Virus record (IMG/VR): IMGVR_UViG_3300044644_000283
Coordinates: 519 to 64,518 of that record
Direction: 5' to 3' (one strand)
DNA length: 64,000 bases
Source: a virus
Lineage: Duplodnaviria; Caudoviricetes
Below the pieces are notes generated by a model. It saw only the letters and a program-made list of their open reading frames with translations, searched no databases and had not been told where the DNA came from. Within the stretch, counting starts at the first letter, position 1. Every line of letters starts with the position of its first letter. Positions 54,292-63,200 of this stretch are shown here, one piece after another. Position numbers and translations under genes: made by a program.

Positions 54292-55035
54292 ATGTCATAT
54301 CCTATAAATTACCCAACGCCACAAGGCGCAAATGTCCAAATTTTCCAAGGAAGCAGTACTCGTGGCGGTACTGAACATACAAACACAAGACGATGGGTTA
54401 AACCTCAAGGCGCATCGTTTGTTTGGTTTACTTTAATTGGCGCTGGTGGTGGTGGTGGAGTTGTTTCGGGTGGAAGCTATGGTGGTGGCGGAGGCTCTGG
54501 CGCGGTAACAAATTTTATGTGTCCAGCGTTTTTAATACCCGATGATTTACAAGTAGTAATTGGTGAAGGCTACGCCAATACAGGCGGTACTACAAAAATT
54601 GTTTACCAGCAAAAAGACGGAACTGGCTACGATTTGTTAACTGCTGACGGAGGTGCGGCTGGTGGCACTGATACTATCGGAACTGGTGGTGCTGCAATGT
54701 CTGCAAACTACTTTACTGCAATAGGATTTTTAAATTCTGTAGCTGGACAAGATGGCAGTGCCTCAGATTCATCTGCATCAACTACAACATTTCTTTCTGG
54801 CGGGCCATCAAATACTGGTTCTGTTACTGGAAATTATGGCTATTCAGTAGCGCAAACAAAACGCGGATTTTTTATGACACAGCCAATTATTGTTGGGGTG
54901 GCAAATGGCGGGAATGCTGGTTCAAGTTCGGCTATAAGCACTGCAACTGGATGTGGAGGTAGTGGTGCAAACGACAATTCTGGATTTGTTCAATCATATG
55001 GCGGCAACGGCATGGTCGTAATAATTACATGGTGA
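54292..55035 (+). CDS. Glycine-rich adhesin paralog 2
   Basis: Same motifs as paralog 1. Confidence 0.7.
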   Translation: MSYPINYPTPQGANVQIFQGSSTRGGTEHTNTRRWVKPQGASFVWFTLIGAGGGGGVVSGGSYGGGGGSGAVTNFMCPAFLIPDDLQVVIGEGYANTGGTTKIVYQQKDGTGYDLLTADGGAAGGTDTIGTGGAAMSANYFTAIGFLNSVAGQDGSASDSSASTTTFLSGGPSNTGSVTGNYGYSVAQTKRGFFMTQPIIVGVANGGNAGSSSAISTATGCGGSGANDNSGFVQSYGGNGMVVIITW

Positions 55036-55039
55036 CAAG

Positions 55040-55867
55040 ATGCTAGATTTATTTAATATCCCAACACCGCAAACGGCTAACTACCAAGAATTTTATGGTG
55101 GCATAGTTAGTGGTCGTGATTCTGAATTCACATGGATTAAGCCTCGTGGTTGCTCTATGGTGCGCTTTCTTTTAATAGGCGCAGGGGGTGGTGGTGGTAA
55201 TGGCAATACTACTACTGGTGGTGGTGGAGGTGGTTCTGGCGCAATTACATCATGGATTGGCCCTGCTATTTTTATACCAGACAGTTTGCAAATTCGTGTT
55301 GGCAAGGGCGGCGGAGTTGGTGGTATTGATGGGCAATTCACCGCAGTTTATTACTATTCACCATTAGGCGCATACGAACTTTTAAAAGCGTTGGGAGGGG
55401 TATCTGGCATTTTCGGAACGGGTGGTTCTGGAGGAAGTGCAATGCCTGCAAACTACTTTACTGCCTCTGGTATTTTTAATACTGTGGCTGGTCAATCTGG
55501 TGCAAATGGCAGTTCAACAGGTGCAGGTGGAAACGTATCCGCATCAACAACAACATTTCTTTCTGGTGGCGCAGGCGGTGCTGGCGCAGCGGCAAGTACC
55601 GGCGGTAGAGTAACACCCAATTACGGGTATACAGCATTGCCTAACACAACCGCCGGTGGTACTGTTGCTGGTGCCAATGGTTACTTTATTACTCAGCCAA
55701 TTTTAGTTGGATGCGGTGGTGCTGGGGGGACAACATCTACATCAGTCGGAACTACTGGCGGCGCTGGCGGTATTGGCTGTGGCGGTGGCGGTGCTGGAGA
55801 AGACAATTCAGGTGGTCAATATGAACGTCGTGGCGGTAACGGCGCAGTATTTGTTTGGGCTTGGTAG
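55040..55867 (+). CDS. Glycine-rich adhesin paralog 3
   Basis: Same motifs as paralog 1. Confidence 0.7.
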   Translation: MLDLFNIPTPQTANYQEFYGGIVSGRDSEFTWIKPRGCSMVRFLLIGAGGGGGNGNTTTGGGGGGSGAITSWIGPAIFIPDSLQIRVGKGGGVGGIDGQFTAVYYYSPLGAYELLKALGGVSGIFGTGGSGGSAMPANYFTASGIFNTVAGQSGANGSSTGAGGNVSASTTTFLSGGAGGAGAAASTGGRVTPNYGYTALPNTTAGGTVAGANGYFITQPILVGCGGAGGTTSTSVGTTGGAGGIGCGGGGAGEDNSGGQYERRGGNGAVFVWAW

Positions 55868-55869
55868 CC

Positions 55870-55962
55870 ATGAGAGACTGGGCTGAAGCGTTCATCGTTG
55901 CGGCCTTTGTGACCATCTTCATTGTATGGGGCACGTTCACGATAATTTGGATTTGGAAATGA
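55870..55962 (+). CDS. 30-aa single-pass membrane peptide
   Basis: MRDWAEAFIVAAFVTIFIVWGTFTIIWIWK* fills the gap before the lysis region. Confidence 0.45.
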   Translation: MRDWAEAFIVAAFVTIFIVWGTFTIIWIWK

Positions 55963-55963
55963 A

Positions 55964-56437
55964 ATGGAACTTGAGTATTACACCAAGATTATTGGCGCAG
56001 TAACTGCCTCGACCGCGATGGTTGGCGGGGGCTATACGCTTGCTGATAAGTTTGGTGTATTCCATAAGGACATCCTCAAGTGGGCACCGGAGCACTTTCA
56101 AATATCTGACGCCCCTGCAAATGGCGAGTTCAAAGCTGTGGTGGCTCGGCAAAAGATTCGGGATGACTGTGAAGTCACATCGTTTAAACTAGAAGTGCGG
56201 GATTCTGAGTTGGTTGTACACCCTGCCAAGCCTAGCATTGCAACGTTTTCAGGCCCAGCCAGCGACACAGTGGATAAGTTCGGGTACAAATTCAAGCTTG
56301 ACACCACTTCACAAGTGACGCCCGGTGTTGCTACGTTGATGGCGCATATCAAATACAAATGCCCAGAGGGTGAAATAGTTGTGAACTATCCGTCACACAA
56401 GAACCTGATGTTTACGATTAAGGAATCCAATGTTTGA
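55964..56437 (+). CDS. Membrane-anchored protein in the lysis region
   Basis: N-terminal hydrophobic segment, two Cys. Confidence 0.55.
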   Translation: MELEYYTKIIGAVTASTAMVGGGYTLADKFGVFHKDILKWAPEHFQISDAPANGEFKAVVARQKIRDDCEVTSFKLEVRDSELVVHPAKPSIATFSGPASDTVDKFGYKFKLDTTSQVTPGVATLMAHIKYKCPEGEIVVNYPSHKNLMFTIKESNV

Positions 56438-56924
56438 ACTAATTGGTGGTGGTGTATTTGGTGGGTTGTTAGGCGGTATTTTTCGTCTGGCTCCTGAAGT
56501 CCTTAAGTACTTCGACAAGAAGAACGAGCGGCAACATGAGATGGCAATGTTTAGCCGTCAGTGCGAGTTGGAGCAAATCCGTGGGCAACAAAAGTTGGCT
56601 GAGATTGGCGCTCAAAGAGAAGCTGCTATTGACGTAGGTGTCATGGATGCCTTCAATGCCGCCATCAATCAACAGGCCGAGATGGTCAAAGCTGCGGGTG
56701 GTTGGGCGGCTAGTCTGTCCGCATCCGTGCGTCCCGTGGTGACATATTGGATTATGTTGCTGTGGTCATTCATCCACATCTGGTTTGCTTGGCAAGCTCA
56801 CCGTGCAGGCGCTTCTCCTGAAGTCGTGTTCAAAACCATGATGACTGTGGACTTCTGCGCTCTAGTGTCCGGCACCATAAATTATTGGTTCCTCGATAGA
56901 ACTCTCAAGCAGCGCGGGCTATGA
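56430..56924 (+). CDS. Holin-like membrane protein
   Basis: Hydrophobic N-terminus, SVRPVVTY, YWFLDR; upstream of the lysozyme. Confidence 0.65.
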   Translation: MFELIGGGVFGGLLGGIFRLAPEVLKYFDKKNERQHEMAMFSRQCELEQIRGQQKLAEIGAQREAAIDVGVMDAFNAAINQQAEMVKAAGGWAASLSASVRPVVTYWIMLLWSFIHIWFAWQAHRAGASPEVVFKTMMTVDFCALVSGTINYWFLDRTLKQRGL

Positions 56925-57379
56925 ACTTAGAACTAGCCGCAGAACTGTGCCGTCGGTTTGAAGGCTATCGGGCCAAGCCGTACCTCTGTCCAGCTAATGT
57001 GGCTACGATTGGGTATGGCTCTACCTACTACGCTGATGGTCGCAAGGTAACGCTGCAAGACGCCCCAATGGATGAGCCGACCGCTAGAGCACTGTTGATG
57101 GCGGAGCTTCTTCACACATACGCCCCCGGTGCAGTAAGGCATTGTCCAAACCTGCTGGTTTTGGCCGCTCAAGGCGACGTGCGCAAGCTTAACGCCATTG
57201 TAGATTTCTGTTACAACCTTGGTATTGGACGCTTGCAAACCTCTACGTTAAAGAGGAAAATCAACGCCAATGATTGGGAAGGGGCAAAGGAACAACTGAT
57301 GCTCTGGACTAAGGGTGGTGGCAAGGTTTTGCCGGGTTTGTTAAAACGCCGCACTGCTGAGTGCGCCCTATTGGATTGA
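56921..57379 (+). CDS. Endolysin, GH24 lysozyme
   Basis: RFEG....PY.CPA...TIGYG; FCYNLG; LPGL.KRR.AE. Confidence 0.9.
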   Translation: MNLELAAELCRRFEGYRAKPYLCPANVATIGYGSTYYADGRKVTLQDAPMDEPTARALLMAELLHTYAPGAVRHCPNLLVLAAQGDVRKLNAIVDFCYNLGIGRLQTSTLKRKINANDWEGAKEQLMLWTKGGGKVLPGLLKRRTAECALLD

Positions 57380-57382
57380 CCG

Positions 57383-59527
57383 ATGCCGTTAAAAAAGATT
57401 CTATTCAGGCCGGGGGTTAACCGGGAAAATACACGGTACGCATCCGAGGCTTTGGGGTCTGTCAATGCAGGAACCAACGTAGCCGGTGGCTGGTATGAAT
57501 CAGAAAAGGTACGTTTCCGCTCTGGAACCCCTGAGAAGATTGGCGGCTGGACAAGGATTTCTTCCGATACATTCATTGGTGTCTGCCGTTCCTTGTGGAA
57601 TTGGGTGACTCTGGCTGGTGTAAACATCGTAGGTGTAGGCACAAGCTCTAAGTTTTACCTTGAGCAAAGCGGTGTGTACTATGACATCACGCCCATCCGC
57701 GCAACAGCTACCTTAACTAACCCATTTGTAGCTACATTGGGTTCTCCTGTTATTACAGTGACTGACGTAGCTCATGGCGGCATCAGCGGTGACTACGTAA
57801 CTTTTAGCGGTGCTACTGGTTTAGGTGGAGTTATCACGGCTACAGTCCTGAATGACGAGTACGAGATCTCCGTTATTGATGACGATACATACACAATCAG
57901 TGTTGGCGTAAATGCCAACGCTACAGACGTTTCAGGCTCACCCGGCGGCGGCACAGTCACGGCTCAGTACCAGATTAACATTGGCCCAGACACACAGGTT
58001 CCTGCTGTAGGCTGGGGTTCGGGTACTTGGGGTTCTGGTGGTTGGGGTACAGGTGTGCCTTCTAACGCTACGCTTCGTATCTGGAGCCAGTCTAACTTTG
58101 GTGAAGACTTGGTGTTTGGCCCACGCGGTGGCCCCATGTATTACTGGAGCGCCCAGATTGGCTACACGCCACTGGAGTTCACGGTCACTATTGCTTCTCC
58201 CGGTGTATTCACTGGTAATCTGCGTGACGGTACTGCGGTTACTTTAAACACCACAGGCGCTTTGCCGACTGGTTTGGCCGTTGGTACGGTCTATTACGTT
58301 GTTAATAGCACAGGCACAACCTTTAACCTGTCTGCCACTTACGGCGGTGCAGCTATCACTACGACTGGTACTCAATCAGGTACACAGTCTATCTCTCCAA
58401 GGGGTATTGCTGTTAATGAACTAGGCGGTGCTTCTGACGTTCCGCTGATTCAAAACTTGATCTATGTATCAGACACAAGCCGCTTTGTATTTGCGTTTGG
58501 TACAAATGACTATGGTTCTATTGTGCAGAACCCTATGCTTATTCGCTGGTCGGATCAGGAATCTGTAACAGACTGGACGCCTTCGGCCACAAACCAAGCC
58601 GGTAGTGTGCAGTTATCTCACGGCTCAGAGATCATTACAGCCGTCCAGACCCGTCAAGAGATTGTGGTGTTTACTGATTCCTCCATCTATTCACTCCAGT
58701 ACCTTGGCCCACCCGCTGTGTGGCAGTCCCAATTGCTGGGTGACAACATCTCTATCATTGGTCAGAATGCTGTAAGCGTGGCCTCTGGTAAGGTTTACTT
58801 CATGGGTGTGGATAAGTTCTACGTCTACGACGGTCGTTTGAACACACTGCGCTGCGACCTGCGCCAGCACATTTACAGTGACATTAACCTCACGCAGAAT
58901 CAACAAGTATTTTCTGGAACCAACGAAGGCTTCAATGAGGTCTGGTGGTTCTACTGTTCTGAGAACAGCGACACCATTGATAAATACGTGATCTATAACT
59001 ACCAAGAAGACATTTGGTACTACGGCACGATGGCACGAACAGCGTGGTTAGATTCAGGCTTACGGGACTATCCGTTAGCAGCAACGTACAGCTATAACTT
59101 GGTCAACCATGAGCAAGGTAACGACGATAATGTGACAGGTACTGCGGTTGCGATTGCTGCGTCTATTGGCTCGTCTGAGTTTGATATTGACGATGGCCAT
59201 AACTTTGGCTTTATTTGGCGTGTTCTGCCTGACTTAACATTCAGGAACTCTGATGGGGCGCTGGCACCTCAGTGCACAATGACGCTGATTCCATACCAAA
59301 ACTCAGGCTCTGGCCCTAACAATCCTGAATCTGTAGCTGGTAGTAGCAGTGCGGTAATTGCCAGATCAGCTTCCGCCCCAGTGGAAGAGTTTACGGGTCA
59401 GGTGTACATCCGTGTGCGTGGACGTCAGATGATTTTCCAGATCGAATCCAACCGACTTGGTACAGCTTGGCAGTTAGGTGCTCCTCGTATCGACATCAAG
59501 CCTGACGGTCGTAGAGGTAATACATGA
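57383..59527 (+). CDS. Tail nozzle / tail tubular protein B-like
   Basis: VRFR.G.PEKIGGW; IRWSDQE; FNEVWWFY; R.RGRQ; PDGRR. Confidence 0.75.
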   Translation: MPLKKILFRPGVNRENTRYASEALGSVNAGTNVAGGWYESEKVRFRSGTPEKIGGWTRISSDTFIGVCRSLWNWVTLAGVNIVGVGTSSKFYLEQSGVYYDITPIRATATLTNPFVATLGSPVITVTDVAHGGISGDYVTFSGATGLGGVITATVLNDEYEISVIDDDTYTISVGVNANATDVSGSPGGGTVTAQYQINIGPDTQVPAVGWGSGTWGSGGWGTGVPSNATLRIWSQSNFGEDLVFGPRGGPMYYWSAQIGYTPLEFTVTIASPGVFTGNLRDGTAVTLNTTGALPTGLAVGTVYYVVNSTGTTFNLSATYGGAAITTTGTQSGTQSISPRGIAVNELGGASDVPLIQNLIYVSDTSRFVFAFGTNDYGSIVQNPMLIRWSDQESVTDWTPSATNQAGSVQLSHGSEIITAVQTRQEIVVFTDSSIYSLQYLGPPAVWQSQLLGDNISIIGQNAVSVASGKVYFMGVDKFYVYDGRLNTLRCDLRQHIYSDINLTQNQQVFSGTNEGFNEVWWFYCSENSDTIDKYVIYNYQEDIWYYGTMARTAWLDSGLRDYPLAATYSYNLVNHEQGNDDNVTGTAVAIAASIGSSEFDIDDGHNFGFIWRVLPDLTFRNSDGALAPQCTMTLIPYQNSGSGPNNPESVAGSSSAVIARSASAPVEEFTGQVYIRVRGRQMIFQIESNRLGTAWQLGAPRIDIKPDGRRGNT

Positions 59528-60195
59528 CATATCTGATTACGTCAGAGTTTGAACTGTTGCGGGCTGCGGCTCCTAACTTGCCGTTGGCTCCTACTGAATA
59601 TGACTCCCGCTATCAGGAGCAGTTAAACAACGTCTTGCGTCTGTATTTTAACCAGCTTGATAAGATTCTGGCTCAGTTAAATACAGATGGAGCTATTGAT
59701 CCGGGATTGATTAACAATCCAAACGGGCTGTTCTTTAGCACGGTAGACCAGACGCTTGCTGCTGTAGATACAGGCTATCCAATTACGTTTAACCAGACTT
59801 ACCTTAGTAATAATGTAGCTTTGCAGTCAGGTAGCACTTCTAAGATTGAGGTGACCACCGGCGGCGTGTATAACTTCCAATTGTCTGTTCAGTTAAAGAG
59901 TACCAACGCATCGGGTAAAGATGTGCAGATTTGGATTAAGCGCGGGACTTCTACAATTGGCTATTCAAGTCATCTATATACAATTGAAGGCGCAGATAAC
60001 CACTTTAATGTGGCGTGGAACTTTGATATTGATTTGGCGGCGGGCGAGTACATTGAAATGTATTGGGGTGCAGACGATACAGCCGTAAACATAGAAACCA
60101 CTGCCGCCGTGTCACCGTATCCAGCCGCCGCTTCTGCGGTCATGGCAGTAAACTATGTTGCGCGGTTGCCCGACCCACGCCCAACGCCTCCTTAA
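59524..60195 (+). CDS. Tail-associated protein
   Basis: APNLPLAP.EY...LRLYFNQLD; GVYNFQ.S.Q. Confidence 0.65.
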   Translation: MTYLITSEFELLRAAAPNLPLAPTEYDSRYQEQLNNVLRLYFNQLDKILAQLNTDGAIDPGLINNPNGLFFSTVDQTLAAVDTGYPITFNQTYLSNNVALQSGSTSKIEVTTGGVYNFQLSVQLKSTNASGKDVQIWIKRGTSTIGYSSHLYTIEGADNHFNVAWNFDIDLAAGEYIEMYWGADDTAVNIETTAAVSPYPAAASAVMAVNYVARLPDPRPTPP

Positions 60196-60204
60196 GGTTT
60201 AAAC

Positions 60205-63200
60205 ATGGCAAAGTTTTCAGACGCGCAGATACGCGCCTATGTAGAAGCAAACATAGATAACCCTGCGGCTATTGCTGAAGCTGCTTCTGCCGCTGGCATA
60301 TCTGTAGCTGACTTGTCCCGTGCCACGGGTTTCTCTGCCGCTGATATTAACGGTTACTTTGGTAATGCCGGTGTATCTATTTCCGCTCCAGATAATTCTG
60401 CGGCTGAACGTGCGGCTGCTGCACAGGCTGCTAATGAAGCCGCATGGGCTAAACAACAAGCCGAGAACGAAAGATTGTGGGCTGCACAACAAGCTGAAAA
60501 TGAACGCAAATGGGCGGAGCAACAAGCTGCTGCTGCTGCCGCTGCTCGTCAAGCCGCTGCTGCACAGGCCGCTGCTGATAAAGCCGCTGCGGAAGCTGCC
60601 GCCCGTGAGGAAGCCGCCAGAACTGCTGCCCAACAAGCTGCCGCTAAACGTGCCGCTGATGCTGCGGCTGCGGCTCAAGCTGCTGCGGATAAAGCGAAAG
60701 CAGATGCGGCTGCACAACAAAAAGCTGCGGCTGACGCTGCTGCTAAGGCGCAGGCTGAGGCCCAAGCCAAAGCCCAAGCAGATGCTCAGGCTAAGGCACA
60801 AGCCGATGCACAAGCAAAGGCGCAAGCGGATGCTGCCGCCAAGGCTCAGGCAGATGCTCAAGCGAAGGCGCAGGCTGACGCAGCTAAAGCAGCCACGCAA
60901 GCCGCAGGTATTGCGTCTTTACCAGCCGCTGCCCCAAAAGTTTCTAATGCTGATATTGTGGGTTGGTTTAAAGATAACCCTGATGCCGATGCCGCCGCAA
61001 TTAGCCAAGCCATGAAGGCAGCTAATGTTACTGGGGATCAGGTATCTCAAGCCTTGGTTGGTAACAAAGACGCTGCTCAACAATATCTAACAGCCCAAAT
61101 CCTTTCCCAAGGCACAACTAGCCAGTGGAAGGGCGAAGGTCAGGGATCTGCTGAAAAGAACGCAGCAGACATGGCTAAAATTTTGGCTGACACTGGCATT
61201 ACAGATATTGGTCAGTTTGGCAAAGTCACGACAAAAGTCGATGCCGCCGTTATCCCGCAGTATGAATCCGTACAAAAGGGTTACGACAACGAAGGCAACA
61301 TGATTGTTGAGAACAAGATTGTTGGCTATGTAGACCAGAACGGCAAAGCTGTAGATCCCAACTTAGTCAAGGCTGATACCATTTGGACTGGCGGCGAGAG
61401 CGGCCAAGCTGAGACTGTTTACACGGCCCCTGTTGGTACAAAAGAAGTATTTGGCAACAAAGCTACAGGTCAAGCCGTAGCTGAAACATACGGTGAGCGT
61501 CAGACTGGCAACGCCTTTGGCGGCACATATTCAGGCGAAGGCAACACTGGTTATCGGGTGCAGTTTGATGCGTCTGGTAAGCCAATCTTCTACACAACGC
61601 AGGCATCTAGTAGCGACATTGGCGACCTTGCGCCTATGTTGGCTATTGCCTCGTTCATCCCTGCCTTGGCTCCATTTGCTCAAGCCATTAACGCTGCAAT
61701 TGCGATTGATCGTGGTGACGTTCTGGGTGGTATTGCGTCGTTGGCAGGCGTGTCCGGCATGTCTGAAGTTTCTACGGGACTGAAGGTTGTAAATGCTTTA
61801 GAGAAAGGCGATGCTATGGGCATCGTCGGGGCGCTAATGTCTGACCCAAGTCTGGGTAAGCTTGCATCCAACACTATGATTGCAGACGGCATTTCATTTG
61901 CCGACGCAGGCAACACGCTTAAGGTTGTTGATAATTTAAACAAAGGCAATCTGGTTGGTGCGATTAGCACAGCCGGTGAAATGGCTGGCAGTTCTGATGT
62001 CAAGACAGCCGCAGCCGGTGTTAATTTGGTTAATGCCATTCAAAGTGGTGACGTAACTAAAATTGCTAACGCAGCAGGCAATTTAAACAACATCGTCAAC
62101 TCAACCAACAACGTAGTCAACCAATTAAAAGACTCTGGTTTAGTGGATAAGAGTGCAAACACTAACATCCAAAATCTGTTGGATGATATGTTAACGGTCG
62201 ATGCCTCTGGTGCTAAAGACATTAACGCTGCCGCTCAGTTTGCTGCGGAGTCTGGTTACAACAAGTTTACGTTTGATGGCAACACCTACACGTTAAACAA
62301 CAATAACGCAGAAAACACAATTGCTCAGTTAGAGGCGGATGCACTAAAAACTAACACTGCTAACAATTTAGCTGGTGGAGAATTTGATGGCGTAGATGCA
62401 GCTATCGCCGCCAATACCAAGGCAAACAATACAGTTATTGGCAATGCAGAGGCTAACGATCTAACGGAAGCTATGGCTTTAGCCAAAGCCCGCAACCCAA
62501 CGGGTACATCATTTACTTTTGGTGGCAATACTTACACCATGGGTACTTCAGATGCCGCTGTAACCCAAGCTTTAAACGCCGCTCAGTCACAAGCTGCCAC
62601 CCAAGATTTAAACAACAGCATTGCAAATGCTGGCTCTCGTTCTGAGGCGTTTAAACTTGCCCGTGAAAGTTTGGGTTCTGGCAAAACGTTTACATACAAC
62701 GGACAAACTTACAGTACCAGCACAGCCGATGAACAAATTGCCGCTTTAAACAAATCCAATTTATCAACTAATACAGCAGCATCCTCTCAGACTGCCGCCC
62801 GTAGTGTGGGCGCAATTAGCGAAGCAGATGCTGTGGCTCAAGCAATTAGTGACACTAATCTGGCAAATATGTCACCTCAGATGCGTGCAATTGTGCAGGC
62901 ACAGAATGACATGGCTGCCAGAGATAAAGCTGCACGCGACACAGCAGCACTGTTAGCCAACAAAGTGTTTGCTGCGGATGATCTGCAAGTAGATGCTATG
63001 GGCAATACAGTGTCGGGCAGTATGAATTTGGCTGACAATAATTCCATTACTGGAAAGATTAACACCACGGCTGGAAAGATTGTCCAGCAAGGTTTGTCTA
63101 ACCTTGCACAAGCTGGTGGTGAGTTTGTGCAAAGTGTTGGTTATACGGGTTCTGCGTTAGGGTTAACTGGTGCGGAAAACGCTTTAACCAAAGCTGGTAG

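Larger units (their letters stand above)
1872..62656. repeat. Dispersed highly iterated palindrome GTTTAAAC (at least 46 copies)
   Basis: Counted by eye; positions listed in the findings. Confidence 0.9.

Noticed and set aside
50106-55867. Diversity-generating retroelement or shufflon acting on adhesins
   Set aside because: No reverse transcriptase or recombinase, and no near-identical template/variable repeat pair seen
60217-61015. ORFs 60320..61015 (+) and 60217..60900 (-)
   Set aside because: Shadows of the Ala-rich ORF starting at 60205, which has the SD and plausible composition
1872-62656. GTTTAAAC explained as the betaproteobacterial GTWWAC methylation motif
   Set aside because: GTTTAAAC does not contain GTWWAC; only the GTTTACAC variant does, so this cannot explain the main signal
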